From Planctomycetota bacterium (lineage in GTDB: Bacteria; Planctomycetota; PLA2; JAEUHO01): DNA of 64,000 bases. Below are positions 21,381-33,148 of this stretch, in pieces. Each line of letters starts with the position of its first letter. Position 1 is the stretch's first letter. The position numbers and the translations under genes were made by a program. Location: positions 128,001 through 192,000 of the forward strand of contig CBDCWP010000044.1 of the NCBI GenBank assembly GCA_965223505.1. The letters are read 5' to 3'. The notes under the pieces were generated by a model, which had not been told where the DNA came from, searched no databases, and was given only the letters and a program-made list of their open reading frames with translations.

Positions 21381-22760
21381 CTACTGGCCGTTGTTGCCGC
21401 GGTTCTTCGCGAGGAGGCCGTACTTGCGCATCTTGTTGAACAGCGTCGTACGGTTGATCATCAACGCGGCCGCTGTCTCCTGACGGTTCCAGCCGTGGCT
21501 GCGCAGGGTCCGCTCGATGATCTCGCGCTCCGGGATCTCCAACGCCTTGCGCAACGGCAGCGTCTGTCCCGGTTCGGGCGCCGAGACCGAGCGCGTCATC
21601 TCCGGCGGCAGGTCGCGCGGCGTCAGCGCGTCCGTGCGGCAGAGAATCACGCCGCGCTCGATCACGTTCTCGAGCTCTCGAATGTTGCCGGGCCACGCGT
21701 GCGCCTGCAGGATCGTCATCGCGTTGTCGTCGATGTGCATCACCGGCTTGTTGTTGTCGTCCGCGAAACGGCGCAGGAAGTGCGCGGCCAACAGCGGGAT
21801 GTCGCCGAGCCGCTCGCGCAGCGGCGGCAGATGCACCGGCACGACACTGATCCGATAGAAGAGGTCGCGGCGGAACGAGCCGTCCTCGACCTTCGCTTCC
21901 AAGTCCTCGTTGGTCGCCAGCACGAGGCGCACGTCGACCTTCACGGTCTCTTCGCTGCCCACGGGCTCGAACGTGCGCTCCTGGATCACACGCAGCAACC
22001 GCACCTGCAGTGCCGGGCTGGCCGTTCCGATCTCATCGAGGAACAGCGTGCCGCCGTCCGCCGCCTGGAAACGACCCGAGCGTGAGCTCGTCGCTCCCGT
22101 GAACGCCCCCTTGGCGTGACCGAAGAGCTCGCTCTCGAGCAGGCCCTCGGGCAATGCGCCGCAGTTCACTTCGACGAACGGCTTTTCCGCGCGATTCGAT
22201 GCATCGTGCACCGCGCGCGCCACCATCGACTTGCCCGTCCCGCTCTCGCCCGTGATCAAGACGGTCGCCCGCGTGGCGGCGACCGCGTCCACGGTCTCGA
22301 AGAGCTTGACGAAATTGGGATCCTTGCCGACCGCCTCGCGCGGGCCCTTGGCATGGGCGAGCTGGGCGCGCAGGTCGGCGTTCTCGGTGCGCAGGCGAAC
22401 CGACTCCACGGCGCGATCGATCACGACGACCATCTCGTCGTCGAGCACCGGCTTGGTGACGTAGTCGAAGGCGCCTTCCTTCATGCCGCGCACGGCGTTC
22501 TCGATCGTGCCGTAGCCCGTGATGAGGATCACCTCGGTGTTCGGGTGCTCTTGCTTGACGCGGCGCAGCACCTCGAAACCGTCGGCGCCCGGCATGTTGA
22601 TGTCGGAGATGACCACGTCGAAGTCCTTCTCGCCCAGCTGACGCAGCGCCTCCTCGGCGTCGCTGGCGGCCTCGACCTCGTGACCGTGCTTGCGCAGCAG
22701 AATGCGCAGCGTGCGCGGCACCAGCGGATCGTCATCGACAATGAGAATGCGAGCGGACAC
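21381..22760 (-). CDS. Sigma54-dependent NtrC-family response regulator
   Basis: AGGAG + GTG start; REC domain, GESGTGK, GAFTGA, LDEIG, WPGNIRELEN, Fis-type HTH. Confidence 0.93.
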   Translation of the reverse strand: MSARILIVDDDPLVPRTLRILLRKHGHEVEAASDAEEALRQLGEKDFDVVISDINMPGADGFEVLRRVKQEHPNTEVILITGYGTIENAVRGMKEGAFDYVTKPVLDDEMVVVIDRAVESVRLRTENADLRAQLAHAKGPREAVGKDPNFVKLFETVDAVAATRATVLITGESGTGKSMVARAVHDASNRAEKPFVEVNCGALPEGLLESELFGHAKGAFTGATSSRSGRFQAADGGTLFLDEIGTASPALQVRLLRVIQERTFEPVGSEETVKVDVRLVLATNEDLEAKVEDGSFRRDLFYRISVVPVHLPPLRERLGDIPLLAAHFLRRFADDNNKPVMHIDDNAMTILQAHAWPGNIRELENVIERGVILCRTDALTPRDLPPEMTRSVSAPEPGQTLPLRKALEIPEREIIERTLRSHGWNRQETAAALMINRTTLFNKMRKYGLLAKNRGNNGQ

Positions 22761-22768
22761 GCGTACTC

Positions 22769-23914
22769 CTACAAGGCTTCCGTCAACGCCCGTTGCGCGG
22801 GCAGGGATACGGTGACGACGGTGCCGCCGTCCATGGGGCAATCCACGCGGATCGTTCCACCGAACTTCTCGATCAGTCGGGCCGAGATCGGCAGCCCGAG
22901 TCCCGTCCCCTTCCCGGGGTCCTTCGTCGTGAAGAAGGGCTCGAACACGCGCGGCAGGACGTCCTCTGCGATCCCCGGGCCGCGGTCGTGGACCTCGATC
23001 ACGAGCCGGTCGTCGTCACGCGATGCACGCACGGTGACCGGGCCGTCGCCGCCGCCCGCATCACACGCGTTGCGCAGCAAGTTCGTCAGCACCTGGTGCA
23101 GGCCGCGCGGGACCGGGATCTTCGAGACGTCACCGCGCAGGTCGCGCTCCATCTCCGGCGAGTCGTCGCCCAGCGCGAGCTGCACGGACGACACCGACTC
23201 ATCGACCAGCGTTTCGAGCGGCTGGGGCGCCTGCTCCACCGCGGCGTTGCGCGAGAAGGTCAACAGGCTCTGCACGATGTCGGCCATGCGCAGTAGGCCA
23301 GCGTGCGCCAGGTCCAGGTACTCGCTCGACTCGGCGTCGTCGTTCAGACGGTCCTGCGTCATGCGCACGCAGCGCAACACCGCGTCGAGGGGGTTGTTCA
23401 GCTCGTGCGCGACGCCGGCGGCGAGCTTGCCGATCATCGCGAGCTTCTCCTGCACCTGCAGGCGCTTGCGCAGATCCTGGTTGGCGTGCAGCGCGTTGTG
23501 GTGCTCGAGCGCCTTCTCGACGGTCGCCGTGATCTCGTCCGCGCGGCAGGGCTTGGTCAGCACGTCGAACGCGCCCAGGCGCATGAGCTCGACCGTGCGT
23601 TCGACCGTGCCGTAGCCGGTGAGCACCACGGGGACGATCGACGGCCAACTCTCGTGCAGCTTGGCGATGAGCTCCTGCCCGTTCATCGGGCTCATCTGCA
23701 TGTCGGTCAACACGACGTGCGGCGGGTTCTCCCGGCAGGCCGCGAGCGCCGTCTCTCCGCCGTCCGCGATCGTCACGCGGTGGCCGGCAATCTCGAGGAC
23801 CTCCCGAAGGAAGTCGCGAACGACCTGCTTGTCGTCCACGATGAGCACGTGCGTCGCACGCACGTCGGTCTCCGGAGGCTGGGCCGTGCCGTTGTTGGCG
23901 GGTTTCCCGTCCAT
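22769..23914 (-). CDS. Hybrid response regulator / histidine kinase
   Basis: REC (VLIVDD, LTDMQM), H-box AHELNNPL, N-box NLLRNA, DRGPGI, FEPFFTTK, GTGLGL. Confidence 0.9.
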   Translation of the reverse strand: MDGKPANNGTAQPPETDVRATHVLIVDDKQVVRDFLREVLEIAGHRVTIADGGETALAACRENPPHVVLTDMQMSPMNGQELIAKLHESWPSIVPVVLTGYGTVERTVELMRLGAFDVLTKPCRADEITATVEKALEHHNALHANQDLRKRLQVQEKLAMIGKLAAGVAHELNNPLDAVLRCVRMTQDRLNDDAESSEYLDLAHAGLLRMADIVQSLLTFSRNAAVEQAPQPLETLVDESVSSVQLALGDDSPEMERDLRGDVSKIPVPRGLHQVLTNLLRNACDAGGGDGPVTVRASRDDDRLVIEVHDRGPGIAEDVLPRVFEPFFTTKDPGKGTGLGLPISARLIEKFGGTIRVDCPMDGGTVVTVSLPAQRALTEAL

Positions 23915-24055
23915 CGAGTACGCCTGGTGAGAAGTTTGGACACGCACCTTTCGACCCGATGGCCCCTGGATCTTGAGGGAATGGGCCAGGTGGGCGTGAC
24001 GTGTCGTGAAGATTCGACTCGCCGGCGGACTTCGTACGCTGTTCGCCCGCGGGCG

Positions 24056-25522
24056 CTACCGGGTGCGAATTCGGTCCCGGCCGCTGTTCTTGGCCTCGTA
24101 GAGGGCCTCGTCGGCCGCTTTCAGCAGCTGATCGGCTTCCGTTCGGCCGGGGATCAGCGCGGCCATGCCGCCGGACACCGTGATCCGGGTGTGGGGCTGG
24201 CCGGGTCCCAGGGGGACGGTGCGCTGCGCGACCGCCCTGCGGGCCCGCTCCAGCGCCGCCAACGCCATCTCGGCGTGCCCGGCCGCGTTGCCGGGCAGCA
24301 GCACGGCGAACTCCTCTCCGCCCCAGCGGCAGACGAGGTCGGAGTCGCGGAACGCGGACGCGAGCCGCCGTGCCACGGCCACCAGGGCCAGGTCGCCCGC
24401 TTGATGCCCGAAGCGGTCGTTCAGGGCCTTGAAGTGATCGATGTCGATCAGGCCGACGACGAGCCCCGTGCCGGCGCGCGTCGCGCGCTCGAGCTCGCGG
24501 CCCAACGCGCGCTCGAACGCCCGGCGATTGGGCAGGCCGGTCAACTCGTCGCGCGCCGAGAGGTGCTCGGCGCGTCGGAGCCGGCGTGCGTTGTGCAGCG
24601 CGGTGCCGGCACGCCGGCACATGTGCGACCAGGCTGCCAGCGCGTCGGCGTCCGGGGGGCCGTCGTGCGGAAAGCCCGTGAGGTTCAGCACGCCCTCGAC
24701 CTGTCCGTCGCCGCCGAGGGGCAAGACGACGTACGCGGCGCCTGCGTACCCCCGCGCGCCGCCCTTCGAGCCGCGGCCGGTGAGGGCGCGACCCAACGCC
24801 GCCGCGCGGCCTGCGATGCCCGAGCCGATGCTGCAGCGGACCTTGCCGATCAGGGCGTCGTTCCAGCCGACGGCGGCGTCGAGACGCAGCGTGCTACGTC
24901 CGTGCTCGCGGACCATGAGGCTGGCGCGTGCCGCGTCGGACGCCTCGACGAGCGCGTCGAGGATGTACGTCGTCAGCGCCGCCGGGTCGGACATGCGCTG
25001 AAGGCAACCGTCGGTGAACGCTGCCGGGTCCGGGGCCGGATCCCGCGGTGTGCGCTCGATCGCGTCCGTTTCGACGTCCGCGCGCGGCAGCGGTGCCTGT
25101 GATCGAACGCTCTCGGTGGCGGGCGGCGGCAGCGCCGCGTCCGGGGGCGCCGGATCGACGACCGTGACCTCGAGGGCGCGCAACGCGCGGCGCACGGCCT
25201 TCGAGCGGGGAAACCCGAGCACGAGCAGCGCGGCGTCGCCTAGCGCGCGCCGCAGATTGCGAACGGCGGCCCGCGGACGATCGACCAACGCACTCGGCTC
25301 GACGAGGCACCCGTCGAACGCGTGCTGGCTCAGGGCGACGAGGGCGGCGTGCACGTCGTCGGCTTCGGTCACGTGCAGCGCGGCGTCGTGCGCGGCGCCG
25401 AGGCTCTTGCGCAACGACGTCGGCGCGTCGTCGATCCCGACGAGCAGCCAGCGCGCGGGCGCGGTCGGCGGCCGTCCCCTCGGGGTGTCGCCGATGAGAT
25501 GTGCCAACACGTCCGGCGTCAT
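24056..25522 (-). CDS. GAF + GGDEF diguanylate cyclase
   Basis: DELTGLPNRR, DIDHFKALND.FGH..GD, RDSD I-site, GGEEF, ADEALYEAKNSGRD. Confidence 0.9.
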   Translation of the reverse strand: MTPDVLAHLIGDTPRGRPPTAPARWLLVGIDDAPTSLRKSLGAAHDAALHVTEADDVHAALVALSQHAFDGCLVEPSALVDRPRAAVRNLRRALGDAALLVLGFPRSKAVRRALRALEVTVVDPAPPDAALPPPATESVRSQAPLPRADVETDAIERTPRDPAPDPAAFTDGCLQRMSDPAALTTYILDALVEASDAARASLMVREHGRSTLRLDAAVGWNDALIGKVRCSIGSGIAGRAAALGRALTGRGSKGGARGYAGAAYVVLPLGGDGQVEGVLNLTGFPHDGPPDADALAAWSHMCRRAGTALHNARRLRRAEHLSARDELTGLPNRRAFERALGRELERATRAGTGLVVGLIDIDHFKALNDRFGHQAGDLALVAVARRLASAFRDSDLVCRWGGEEFAVLLPGNAAGHAEMALAALERARRAVAQRTVPLGPGQPHTRITVSGGMAALIPGRTEADQLLKAADEALYEAKNSGRDRIRTR

Positions 25523-25530
25523 GGCGTTGC

Positions 25531-27108
25531 TCAGATCTGGTCGGGCGGAAGCGACAGGAGGCCGTCGACGGCCTTCTGGACGAATTGGGAGCCGGCGTTC
25601 GCGGCGATCTCGGCCAGCGCGTCCCGTTTCGAGCGGGACGGCCGGTAGGGCCGGGGGCTGATCATCGCGTCGTAGGCCTCGGCGACGCCGATGATGCCGG
25701 CGCCGAGCGGGATCTCGTCGCCGGAGAGGCCGTCGGGGTAGCCGCCGCCGTCGGGCCGCTCGCGGTGATGCCGCACGAATGCCGCGGCCTCGCCGAACGG
25801 GGCCAGGATCCGGGCGCCGACCACCGGATGCGACTGGACGACTTCGCGCTCGGCCGCCGTGAGCGGGCCGCTGCGCGACAGCACGTGATCGGGGATGCCC
25901 ACCTCGCCGACGTCGTGCAGGCGGGCGGCCGTGCGAATGACCGACCGCAGCCGGGGCGACAGCTCGAGCCGCTGCGCGATCCGATCGGCGATCCGCGCCA
26001 CGCGGTCGGAGTGACCGGGGTAGAAGCCGCCGCGGCCTTCCAGCGTGTCGACGATGCCCGCGGCGACGCGCAGCGCATTCGCTTCGGCCGCCTTGCGGTT
26101 GAGCTCCGACTCGATCGCCGCGCCGAGCGTTTGCGGCACGAGCGACAACAGGTATTCGTCGCCGGCGGCGTCGCAGGAATCCGACGCCGGACGCAGGATC
26201 GTGAGGCCGCCCATCGGCCGACCGGCGACGTCCACGGCCGCGGCCAACCCCTCCATCGGGGCGCCGAACCCGAGGACGAGGTCGCGCAGCACGCCGTTGG
26301 AACGGTTGCGCGCGCGCTGGAGCAGGTCCGGGCCCATGGTCGAGAGCACGCGGTCCGGCAGCGCCCCCGACTTGTGCTCGGCCACGTGGATGCCTTCGTT
26401 CAGATCGATTTCGATGCGCGTCAAGACGCCGCCGAACCGGCGCGACAGGATGCCGGCCGTCGTCTGCAGCACACGTTCGAGGTCGCGGTTGCGCGAGAGC
26501 AGATGCGACAGCTCGCGCAGGAACTGGAGATCACGCACGCGGCGTTCGAGATCCCGGCGGGACAGGCGCAGGTCTTCCTGCGCGCGCTCGAGCTCCTGCT
26601 CGGTCTGCCGGTGCCGGCGCCGCAGCGAGTCGGCCTCTTCACGCACGCGGTCGACCGCGTCCTTCTCGGTGCGCGCGATGCGCCGGGCGGTGAGCACGCG
26701 GCCCACGACGCTGCGCAGGTCCTCGAGGCCGAACGGCTTGGTGAGGTAGTCGTCGGCGCCGTAGCGCAGCGCCTGGACGGCCGTCTCGGTGGACGAGAAC
26801 GCGGTGATCAGGATGCTGCCGAGATCGGGGCGGATCTGCTTCGCCGACCGGATCAGATCGAGCCCGTTCATGCGCGGCATCTTGAGGTCGGTCAGCAGGA
26901 TGCTGACGTCCTGCTCGCGGATGTCCGCCAGCGCGGCGCGTCCGTCGGGGCGGACCGTGACGCGGTACCCTTCCCGGCGCAGCGCGGTCGAGACGAGCTC
27001 GCGGATCTGGGGTTCGTCGTCGACCACCAGGACGTGCGGGCCCGCGTCTTCACCACCCGGCCGGGGCGGGTTCGCAGGGGTTGCCTCGGCTTCGTCGTTC
27101 GGCCGCAT
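25531..27108 (-). CDS. Response regulator with HD-GYP phosphodiesterase domain
   Basis: REC (VLVVDDE, LTDLKMP), GHSDRV, LHDVG, HHRERPDGGGYPDG, YDAMISPRPYR. Confidence 0.9.
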   Translation of the reverse strand: MRPNDEAEATPANPPRPGGEDAGPHVLVVDDEPQIRELVSTALRREGYRVTVRPDGRAALADIREQDVSILLTDLKMPRMNGLDLIRSAKQIRPDLGSILITAFSSTETAVQALRYGADDYLTKPFGLEDLRSVVGRVLTARRIARTEKDAVDRVREEADSLRRRHRQTEQELERAQEDLRLSRRDLERRVRDLQFLRELSHLLSRNRDLERVLQTTAGILSRRFGGVLTRIEIDLNEGIHVAEHKSGALPDRVLSTMGPDLLQRARNRSNGVLRDLVLGFGAPMEGLAAAVDVAGRPMGGLTILRPASDSCDAAGDEYLLSLVPQTLGAAIESELNRKAAEANALRVAAGIVDTLEGRGGFYPGHSDRVARIADRIAQRLELSPRLRSVIRTAARLHDVGEVGIPDHVLSRSGPLTAAEREVVQSHPVVGARILAPFGEAAAFVRHHRERPDGGGYPDGLSGDEIPLGAGIIGVAEAYDAMISPRPYRPSRSKRDALAEIAANAGSQFVQKAVDGLLSLPPDQI

Positions 27109-27290
27109 ACCTCGCTGGATCGGCTCGGATCCTGTAGGACTTCGGCCTCTTTTGCCGCCTGGAATGGGGGCCAAAGCACCGCGGGAACGGACGATGGGCC
27201 CACGCCGGCGCGATTGGACCGTCCGGTCGGACGATCGGGCCGTTATAGGATGGTGGAGGCTTTGTTCCGGGCGCGGCTGGAGTTTCGTAG

Positions 27291-28151
27291 ATGCGCAAGA
27301 ATGTCCTGTTGATGAGCGTCCTGGCGCTCGGAATGGTCCTGACCCTGAGTCCCGGGCTCGCCTGGGGGTGAGGCTGAGGCGCCGGCGGCGGAGGGGGCGG
27401 TCGCTCCCCGTCCATCGGACCCTCGCCCGTCGGGCCGGGCGGTAGCCCGACGACACCCGGTGGATCCCCCTCGGGGCGCGGACGCAGCGTCGGCGCGGCG
27501 CCGCGGCTGACCCACTTCAAGTGGGACGTCGTCGAGATCGGCCCCATGCGCGCGGTCACCGGCGAAGAGGACGAAGAAGCCATCACGCCCGAGAAGCACC
27601 TGCGCAAGGTGCTCGGCTTCGACAAGGCCAGCCGCTACGGCGACAAGCGCCCGACGCTCGTCTACTTCCACTGGCCCCACGAGGACGGCAAGGAAGGCAA
27701 GATCTCCGAGAAGACGTGCCGGATCCTCGACGACGAGGAAGCCGCGCGCTGGTCGCTGTTGTTCCGTTGCGTGCAGATCGACATGGGCACCTCCAAGGAG
27801 GAGTTCACCGAGCTGCTCGGCGCGAAGGACAAGCCGTCGTTCGCCATGATGGACGCCGAGGCCAACATCGTCTTCGAGTTCCCCGCCCACAAGAGCGCGC
27901 GCAAGGTCTCGCAGTCGCTCGAGCAGGGACTGAAGAAGTTCCCCGCGTACTACAAGAAGGTGAAGGCGGACCTGAAGCAGCAGACCAAGTGGATGGCGGA
28001 AGCCAAGAAGCTGCAGAAGGCGAAGAAGCACAAGGAAGCGCTCACCCTCATCGACAAGGTGCGCTTCTCGAACCTGCGGGTCGGCGACGAGTTCGACAAG
28101 GCGCAGGACGTCGGCCGCACGCTCGCCGCGAAGATCTCGCGCCAGAGCTAG
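27291..28151 (+). CDS. Candidate secreted selenoprotein: signal peptide, G-U-G-U-G, Gly/Pro/Ser linker, degenerate thioredoxin-like domain
   Basis: GGAG + ATG 27291 gives MRKNVLLMSVLALGMVLTLSPGLAWG, then TGA(27369)-GGC-TGA(27375). The frame stays open into ORF 27546..28151. A GGTC-loop hairpin follows. Confidence 0.7.
27387..27412 (+). promoter_or_regulatory. Candidate SECIS hairpin
   Basis: ggcg-(ga)-gggggc GGTC gctccc-cgtc; loop begins 21 nt after the second TGA and 27 nt after the first. Confidence 0.6.
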
Positions 28152-28173
28152 GGCTCTTCTCAAATCAGCACGC

Positions 28174-29307
28174 CTACCCCGTCAAGGGTAGGCGTAGCGC
28201 CAGCACGGCGCCCTCGTCCGTGGCCCGAACGGCGAGGTTGCCGCCGTGCCCCGCGGCGACCGCGTCGGCGAGCGCGAGCCCCGGGTAGGGCAGGCGCGTC
28301 TCTTCGTGGCTCCAGATGACCGTGCGGCGGTAGTCCGCCAGCTCGCGCTCGTTCAGCATCACGCCGCGGCCGCGAAGCGCTGCCTCGAGCAGGGGCCGGG
28401 ACGATCCGGGCGCGCGTTGCGGCGGCAACGTCCGGACCCGGCCCTCCACCTTCACCGGCGCGTCGCTCGACTGGGCGGCGAGGAAGGTGAGGGCGCTGCC
28501 GAACGCGCCGGTCACCTGTTCCGCGTCCACCGGCAACGGCGGGCCGTCTTCCGGCGGCAGGCCCGTCGTCTGTACCGTGCCGGCGTCGACGGCGGCGTCG
28601 AGCGAGCCGCGCAGCAGCGGGCCGAGCGAGGTCTCGGTCTTCTGCGGCGTCCCCAGGTAGCCGAAGTCGCCGAGGATGTCGACCACGTCGCGCACGCGTC
28701 GCACCTCCGCCTGTAGCTTGTCCCGGTGCGCCTGCGGCACGTCGCCCTCGCCGAGCAGGGACAGCACCTGAAGCGGGTTGTTGACCGCGTGGGAGACCTC
28801 CGAGGCGAGACGCGAGAGCGCTCCGGTGTCCGTCGCGGGCGCTGCCGCCGCGGGCGCGGGAACCAGCAACCGGCGCGCGACGAGCGTGAGCTCCTTGTCG
28901 TAGAACGGCAGGTGAACGTAGGCGTCGGCGCCCGCGGTGAGCGCGCGCAGGGCGGCCCGGCGCTCGCCCTCGGGCATCAGCAGCAGGATGCGCGTGTGTG
29001 GGGCGCGCTTGCGGACCGTCGAGACGAACCCCGCGTCGCGGCGGCGGAAGTTCTCGAGGGAGAGCACGACCAGGTCGCTCGGCTGCTCCACGAATCGCGC
29101 CGTGCCCTCGTACGGCTCGCGCGCTGCCCGCACCGTGCACCCGGCGCGCCGCAGCGCCCGCGCGGCGCTCTTGCGGCCGGGACCCTTGCCCATGACGAGC
29201 AGGGCCGTGTACGGCGTCTCCGACGAGGGCGAGGGGGTGGGAGCCAAGCGTGCATCCAGGCCGGACGGGTGGTGCGGACCCCGCCCATTCTTTGAATCGT
29301 CGCACAT
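28174..29307 (-). CDS. Receiver-like + degenerate histidine kinase protein; start uncertain
   Basis: Receiver-like region (ALTAGADAY), H-box SHAVNNPL, degenerate ATP-binding motifs (GLALA...HGG). Confidence 0.6.
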   Translation of the reverse strand: MCDDSKNGRGPHHPSGLDARLAPTPSPSSETPYTALLVMGKGPGRKSAARALRRAGCTVRAAREPYEGTARFVEQPSDLVVLSLENFRRRDAGFVSTVRKRAPHTRILLLMPEGERRAALRALTAGADAYVHLPFYDKELTLVARRLLVPAPAAAAPATDTGALSRLASEVSHAVNNPLQVLSLLGEGDVPQAHRDKLQAEVRRVRDVVDILGDFGYLGTPQKTETSLGPLLRGSLDAAVDAGTVQTTGLPPEDGPPLPVDAEQVTGAFGSALTFLAAQSSDAPVKVEGRVRTLPPQRAPGSSRPLLEAALRGRGVMLNERELADYRRTVIWSHEETRLPYPGLALADAVAAGHGGNLAVRATDEGAVLALRLPLTG

Positions 29308-29435
29308 GATGCGGCACTGAGGGGACTCTCCGGCCGCCGGATCGCCGGTTCCTTCGAACCGGACCGGACGGCTGGAAGCCGCAGCCCTACAATCCGCGGG
29401 CCCTTTTCGACGAACCCGCCCCGGGAGACCTGCCG

Positions 29436-30791
<1,356 letters not shown>

Positions 30792-30867
30792 GCGGGCGTC
30801 GCCCTGCCGGACCCGACCCGGGCTACCGCGGGACGTCTCCCGAGACGTCTCCCGCCTCCCGCGGCTC

Positions 30868-33045
30868 CTAGAACTCAGCCCCGAAAGCAACGACGATCTG
30901 CCGTCCGGGCTCGTTCTGCCCCGACCCGTGAATGCGGTAGTTCTCGTCGAACAGGTTCTCGACCCCCAGCGTCACGAACCGCCCCTCTCGAAGCAAGTAG
31001 CCGGCGCGGACGTTGAAGACGCTCCACGACGGCGTTCCCCCCGGAGGGATCCGGCGCGAGTCCGTCTCGTCGCGGAACGAGAGCTTGTCCGCCTTCGCCG
31101 AGTACAGCCACTCCGCCTGGCCCCACAACCGCGAAGTCGGACGCCCGTAGCGAACGGCCAGCGTGCTCGCGAACGGCATGTTGCGGCTGAGCGGGCGCTT
31201 CACGAGATTGCCGGCGGTGTCGAGCTGATCGACCTCGCTGTCCATCCACGTCGCGTTGGCGAACGCCATCCAACAGCAGTGGAATCGCCACGCGACCTCT
31301 GCCTCGAAGCCCCATGCGTACCCGTCGCCGATGTTGTCCTTGCGCACCTCCGGAACGCCCATGATCGACGCGCCGGTGGGGGAGCGAATGATCGCGTCGT
31401 CGAGCACCGTGTACCAGAGGGCCGTGTAGCCGCTGATCGCCGGGTAGTCCCACTTCACGCCGGCTTCGAACGACAGGTACTTCTCCGACGAGAGGCCCGG
31501 CGCCGGCGTCTCCACGACGCTCGTCGAGTCCAGCGCCGTCAGGTCGTGCAACGTCGGCGCACGGAACGCCTGGGACACCCCGCCGAAGACGTTCACCCGA
31601 CGGTTGATGTGATAGATCGCCCGCAGGCTCGCGACGAAGTCGGTCCAATCGTTCGAGACCGAGATGATGTTGCCCGGTGTTGCCGGGTCGTTGCCCGCCA
31701 CCGCCGGATCGTCGACGCGGTCCGCCGACGCTACGGCGTGGGTCAGGCGCCCGCCCAGGAAGACGTCGAGGAAGCCGAAGCTCATCTGGTCCTGCAGGTA
31801 GACGCCCAGCAGGTCGTACGTGCCGTCATCGCCGAGCGGCCCCTGGACGTGCGAGAGCGTCGGAACCCCGGCCACCAAGTCGTCCCGGAACGTTCGGACC
31901 TCGTCGTGATAGAACTCCGCGCCGTACGTGAGCCGGCCGAAGCGCGTCGGGCTCTCGAGCTGGACTTGGACGCCGTACTGATCGACCTCGAAACCGCTCA
32001 GATCGCGCCGGTCGCCCGTGCGTTCCCGGTCGCGTTCCTCCGCCTGCCGGTGCCAGCTGACGGCGATGTGACCGCGGGAGATCGGCCGGCAACACGCACC
32101 GCCGTCGAACGAGAGTCGCGCGTAGGCGAGGTCGCGCTCCTGATCGAAGTCCCGCTCGAGCTCCGATCCGACGGCCGTGCCCGCGAAGGGCACACTGAAG
32201 ACCGTGCGCTCCGTGCGCGGCGCGTCGAACTGGCGCACCCGCTGGTACGCGAAGGTCAACTCCCACGGCCGGGACAGCCGAATGTCGACGCGTGCATCCA
32301 TTGCCCAGTCGTCGATGTCTCCGGTCTCGGGCTGCCGGCCGGCCCCGCTGGTGATGTCGCCGAAGTGCTTGTACGTGACGCCCGCGGCCCAGCCGATGTT
32401 GTCGAGATTGCCTTCGACCTGCGAGCGGACCGCGACGGCGTTCTCGGCGGACGCGTACCGCGAGTAGACGGCGCCGCCGACGTGCAGGCCGCGGCGGAAC
32501 GAGGTGCGCCGCCACGGGATCACGTTCACCGTGCCGCCGACGGCGTCACTGCCGTACAACACGGAGTGGGGACCTCGTACGACCTCGAGGTCGGCGATCG
32601 AGTAGGGGTCGATCGTGCTCCAGTACTGATTCGGGCCGGCTCGGAACGCCGAGTTGTTGAGTCGGATGCCGTCGATGAGCATCAAGTTTTGGTAGGCGGT
32701 GAACCCGCGGATGAACGGTGAGCTCTGGTGGGGCGCGGTCTTCTGGACCATGACGCCCGGCAGCGCCTTGAGGGCATCGGGTAGGGAGCGCGGGGCGCGG
32801 CGTCGCAGGATCTCGTCCTGATCCAGGACGGTGACGGCGGCGGGGGTGTCGAAGACGCGCTCCGCGCGACGAAGCGTCGTCGTGCCGTATGCGACACCTG
32901 TGCCGTGGATCCGGGGCGCCACGACCTCGATGGGGGGCAGCGACTCGAGCGGCGGCGGCTCCGGCGCGTCCGGTTCGTCTTCGGCAAAGGCGCCGGACGC
33001 CGTCGCAGCGAGCCCCAGCACCACAGCGAACGCGAACCGCAACAC
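30868..33045 (-). CDS. TonB-dependent outer membrane receptor
   Basis: GGGAGG + GTG; signal peptide; plug motifs PGV, PFIRGF, IDGIRLN, EVVRGPHSVLYGSDAVGG; ENLFDENY; terminal Phe. Confidence 0.92.
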   Translation of the reverse strand: MLRFAFAVVLGLAATASGAFAEDEPDAPEPPPLESLPPIEVVAPRIHGTGVAYGTTTLRRAERVFDTPAAVTVLDQDEILRRRAPRSLPDALKALPGVMVQKTAPHQSSPFIRGFTAYQNLMLIDGIRLNNSAFRAGPNQYWSTIDPYSIADLEVVRGPHSVLYGSDAVGGTVNVIPWRRTSFRRGLHVGGAVYSRYASAENAVAVRSQVEGNLDNIGWAAGVTYKHFGDITSGAGRQPETGDIDDWAMDARVDIRLSRPWELTFAYQRVRQFDAPRTERTVFSVPFAGTAVGSELERDFDQERDLAYARLSFDGGACCRPISRGHIAVSWHRQAEERDRERTGDRRDLSGFEVDQYGVQVQLESPTRFGRLTYGAEFYHDEVRTFRDDLVAGVPTLSHVQGPLGDDGTYDLLGVYLQDQMSFGFLDVFLGGRLTHAVASADRVDDPAVAGNDPATPGNIISVSNDWTDFVASLRAIYHINRRVNVFGGVSQAFRAPTLHDLTALDSTSVVETPAPGLSSEKYLSFEAGVKWDYPAISGYTALWYTVLDDAIIRSPTGASIMGVPEVRKDNIGDGYAWGFEAEVAWRFHCCWMAFANATWMDSEVDQLDTAGNLVKRPLSRNMPFASTLAVRYGRPTSRLWGQAEWLYSAKADKLSFRDETDSRRIPPGGTPSWSVFNVRAGYLLREGRFVTLGVENLFDENYRIHGSGQNEPGRQIVVAFGAEF

Positions 33046-33148
33046 GGAGCCCTCCCACGCCTTCCCGTGAGGAACGACGATGGTGCCAGGGGGTTCGGCC
33101 AAAACAACGCGGAAAGCGACCGTATGCTGTCCACGGAGGCGCACTCGC

